Below, one piece after another: positions 62,740-64,000 of a DNA stretch of 64,000 bases. The stretch's first letter is position 1. The number at the start of each line of letters is the position of its first letter. The notes under the pieces were generated by a model. The model searched no databases. It was not told where the DNA came from and saw only the letters and a list, made by a program, of their open reading frames with translations. The position numbers and the translations under genes were made by a program. The stretch comes from Octopus sinensis (lineage: Eukaryota): positions 1,116,001-1,180,000 of the forward strand of contig NW_021825323.1 of NCBI RefSeq assembly GCF_006345805.1, given 5' to 3'.

Positions 62740-63180
62740 TTATTATAATTGGAAAAAAAATCAAAGAATTTAATTCTGACATCTACAGGGTCAAAAAATC
62801 TAACCGGTTGCCAATGCGTAACGCGTTGCCCATGTCACATATTCCATCAAAAGAATATGCAAAAACCGATTCCAAGGAACAAAAATTTTAAAGACCATGT
62901 GTCTATTATGCTTTGTTCAAACATTACAGGAAGCCATAAATTAAAAACAGTTATAATTGGTTTAGATGCTTTATAAATTTTTACGATGGTCTATTCTTAT
63001 TTTATAGTTCACAGAAAGCTTGGATGACTGAATATATTTTTATTGATTGGATTATTAGTTTTCATCTCAAGCGTAAAATCAAAAAGAAGTAAATTTAATT
63101 ACTAATAGGTCATTGTCCTGGACATTGTATCCCTCGAAACTTGGATTGTATTGCGATTTTATTTTTCCTAAAAATTCTAC
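62740..63180 (+). mobile_element. pogo/Tigger DDE remnant
   Basis: KDHVSIMLCSNITGSHKLKTVIIG, SSQKAWMTEYIFIDW. Confidence 0.7.
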
Positions 63181-63861
63181 CAAAATATAAAGCAAATTTA
63201 AAACGGGCAAAAGAAAAAGGAATTAGGGATTAAAATTTATTTAAGTAAATTTAAACGTGATTTTTTTCAAATTGGCCATAAACATGTACCAAAAATAGCC
63301 AATTTGCAAGGGTTTATTGTATATAGAAACATGTTATGTTATTTATTTAAGAGAATAAATTGGTTTTGTTAATCTTTTTTCCTTTTATATGATTTTACGA
63401 CTAAGTATGGTGCCTGTCCAAATAATATAACTATTTTCAAGAAATTTTTGGTCATATTTGGACTTATCAGTCAGTTTTATTATTAAAAAACATTTTTTAA
63501 CATTTTATATAAAAATCTATACTTCAAAAGAAATCGTTCAATACTAATGAACTTATTGAATTACATAATTTGACCGAATCGATTATGTTTTTCAATATGC
63601 ACGAAATATTTTGTAATTAAATTTTATTGACTTTTATTGCGTTTATGTGGTCTTCTATTTGTTATAACTTTTTAAATGTTTTTTATTATCCATATTTTAA
63701 TTTTATTTAAGTTTAATATAATTATGATAAAATAAAATTTTTTGATCGCCTTATTTCGAATAGTACGTTTAAACTGTTTTTAATACGTTTTTGTGGTTTC
63801 ATTTAGAAAAAAATATCATTGTTTAAACATTCTTAGATAGGATTAGTCAATAATCTACAAA

Positions 63862-64000
63862 ATGGACGAATTAAAGGTCGTTTTCCTAAAAAACATGTAT
63901 TTTCAGAAATTCACATTCAAAACCATGAAAAAACGTCAACCTAAAAAAATTGAGGTCAAAGATACCAAAGAAGTGGACGAATTAGACTCTCTGAACGTCG
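63862..64000 (+). CDS. Probable start of a gene running off the window
   Basis: Open frame MDELKGRFPKKHVFQKFTFKTMKK... to the window end; not identified. Confidence 0.35.
   Translation, partial: MDELKVVFLKNMYFQKFTFKTMKKRQPKKIEVKDTKEVDELDSLNV

Overview
AT-rich, very compact animal genomic DNA; no prokaryotic features, CRISPR or rRNA. About 17 host genes are broken by micro-introns, nearly all 22-36 nt and often with a TRACT-like branch motif just before the AG: RPAP3, Evx, plastin, SNX3/12, IFT56, La/SSB, EI24, a C2H2 gene, NUDT21, SSRP1, V-ATPase a, TANGO6, Rab5, REXO1, CFDP1 and a few unidentified genes. There is also a tRNA-Val(TAC) and an internally deleted PPCDC. An ANTP homeobox, an IFT gene and about 27-nt introns are consistent with a dicyemid-type mesozoan (inference only). 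The rest is a dense, nested transposon landscape: seven CRE-like RLE retrotransposon copies, a second RLE family, APE-type LINEs, RTE, Tc1, pogo/Tigger, hAT and an integrase remnant. Main highlights: (1) homology-anchored micro-introns with GG-AG, GA-AG and GC-AG ends; (2) a near-full-length CRE-like retrotransposon with an N-terminal PHD finger; (3) an apparently intact hAT transposase carrying three host-sized micro-introns; (4) T-rich AG acceptors 0-4 nt before many start codons, a possible sign of trans-splicing. All gene models were parsed by eye without tools.
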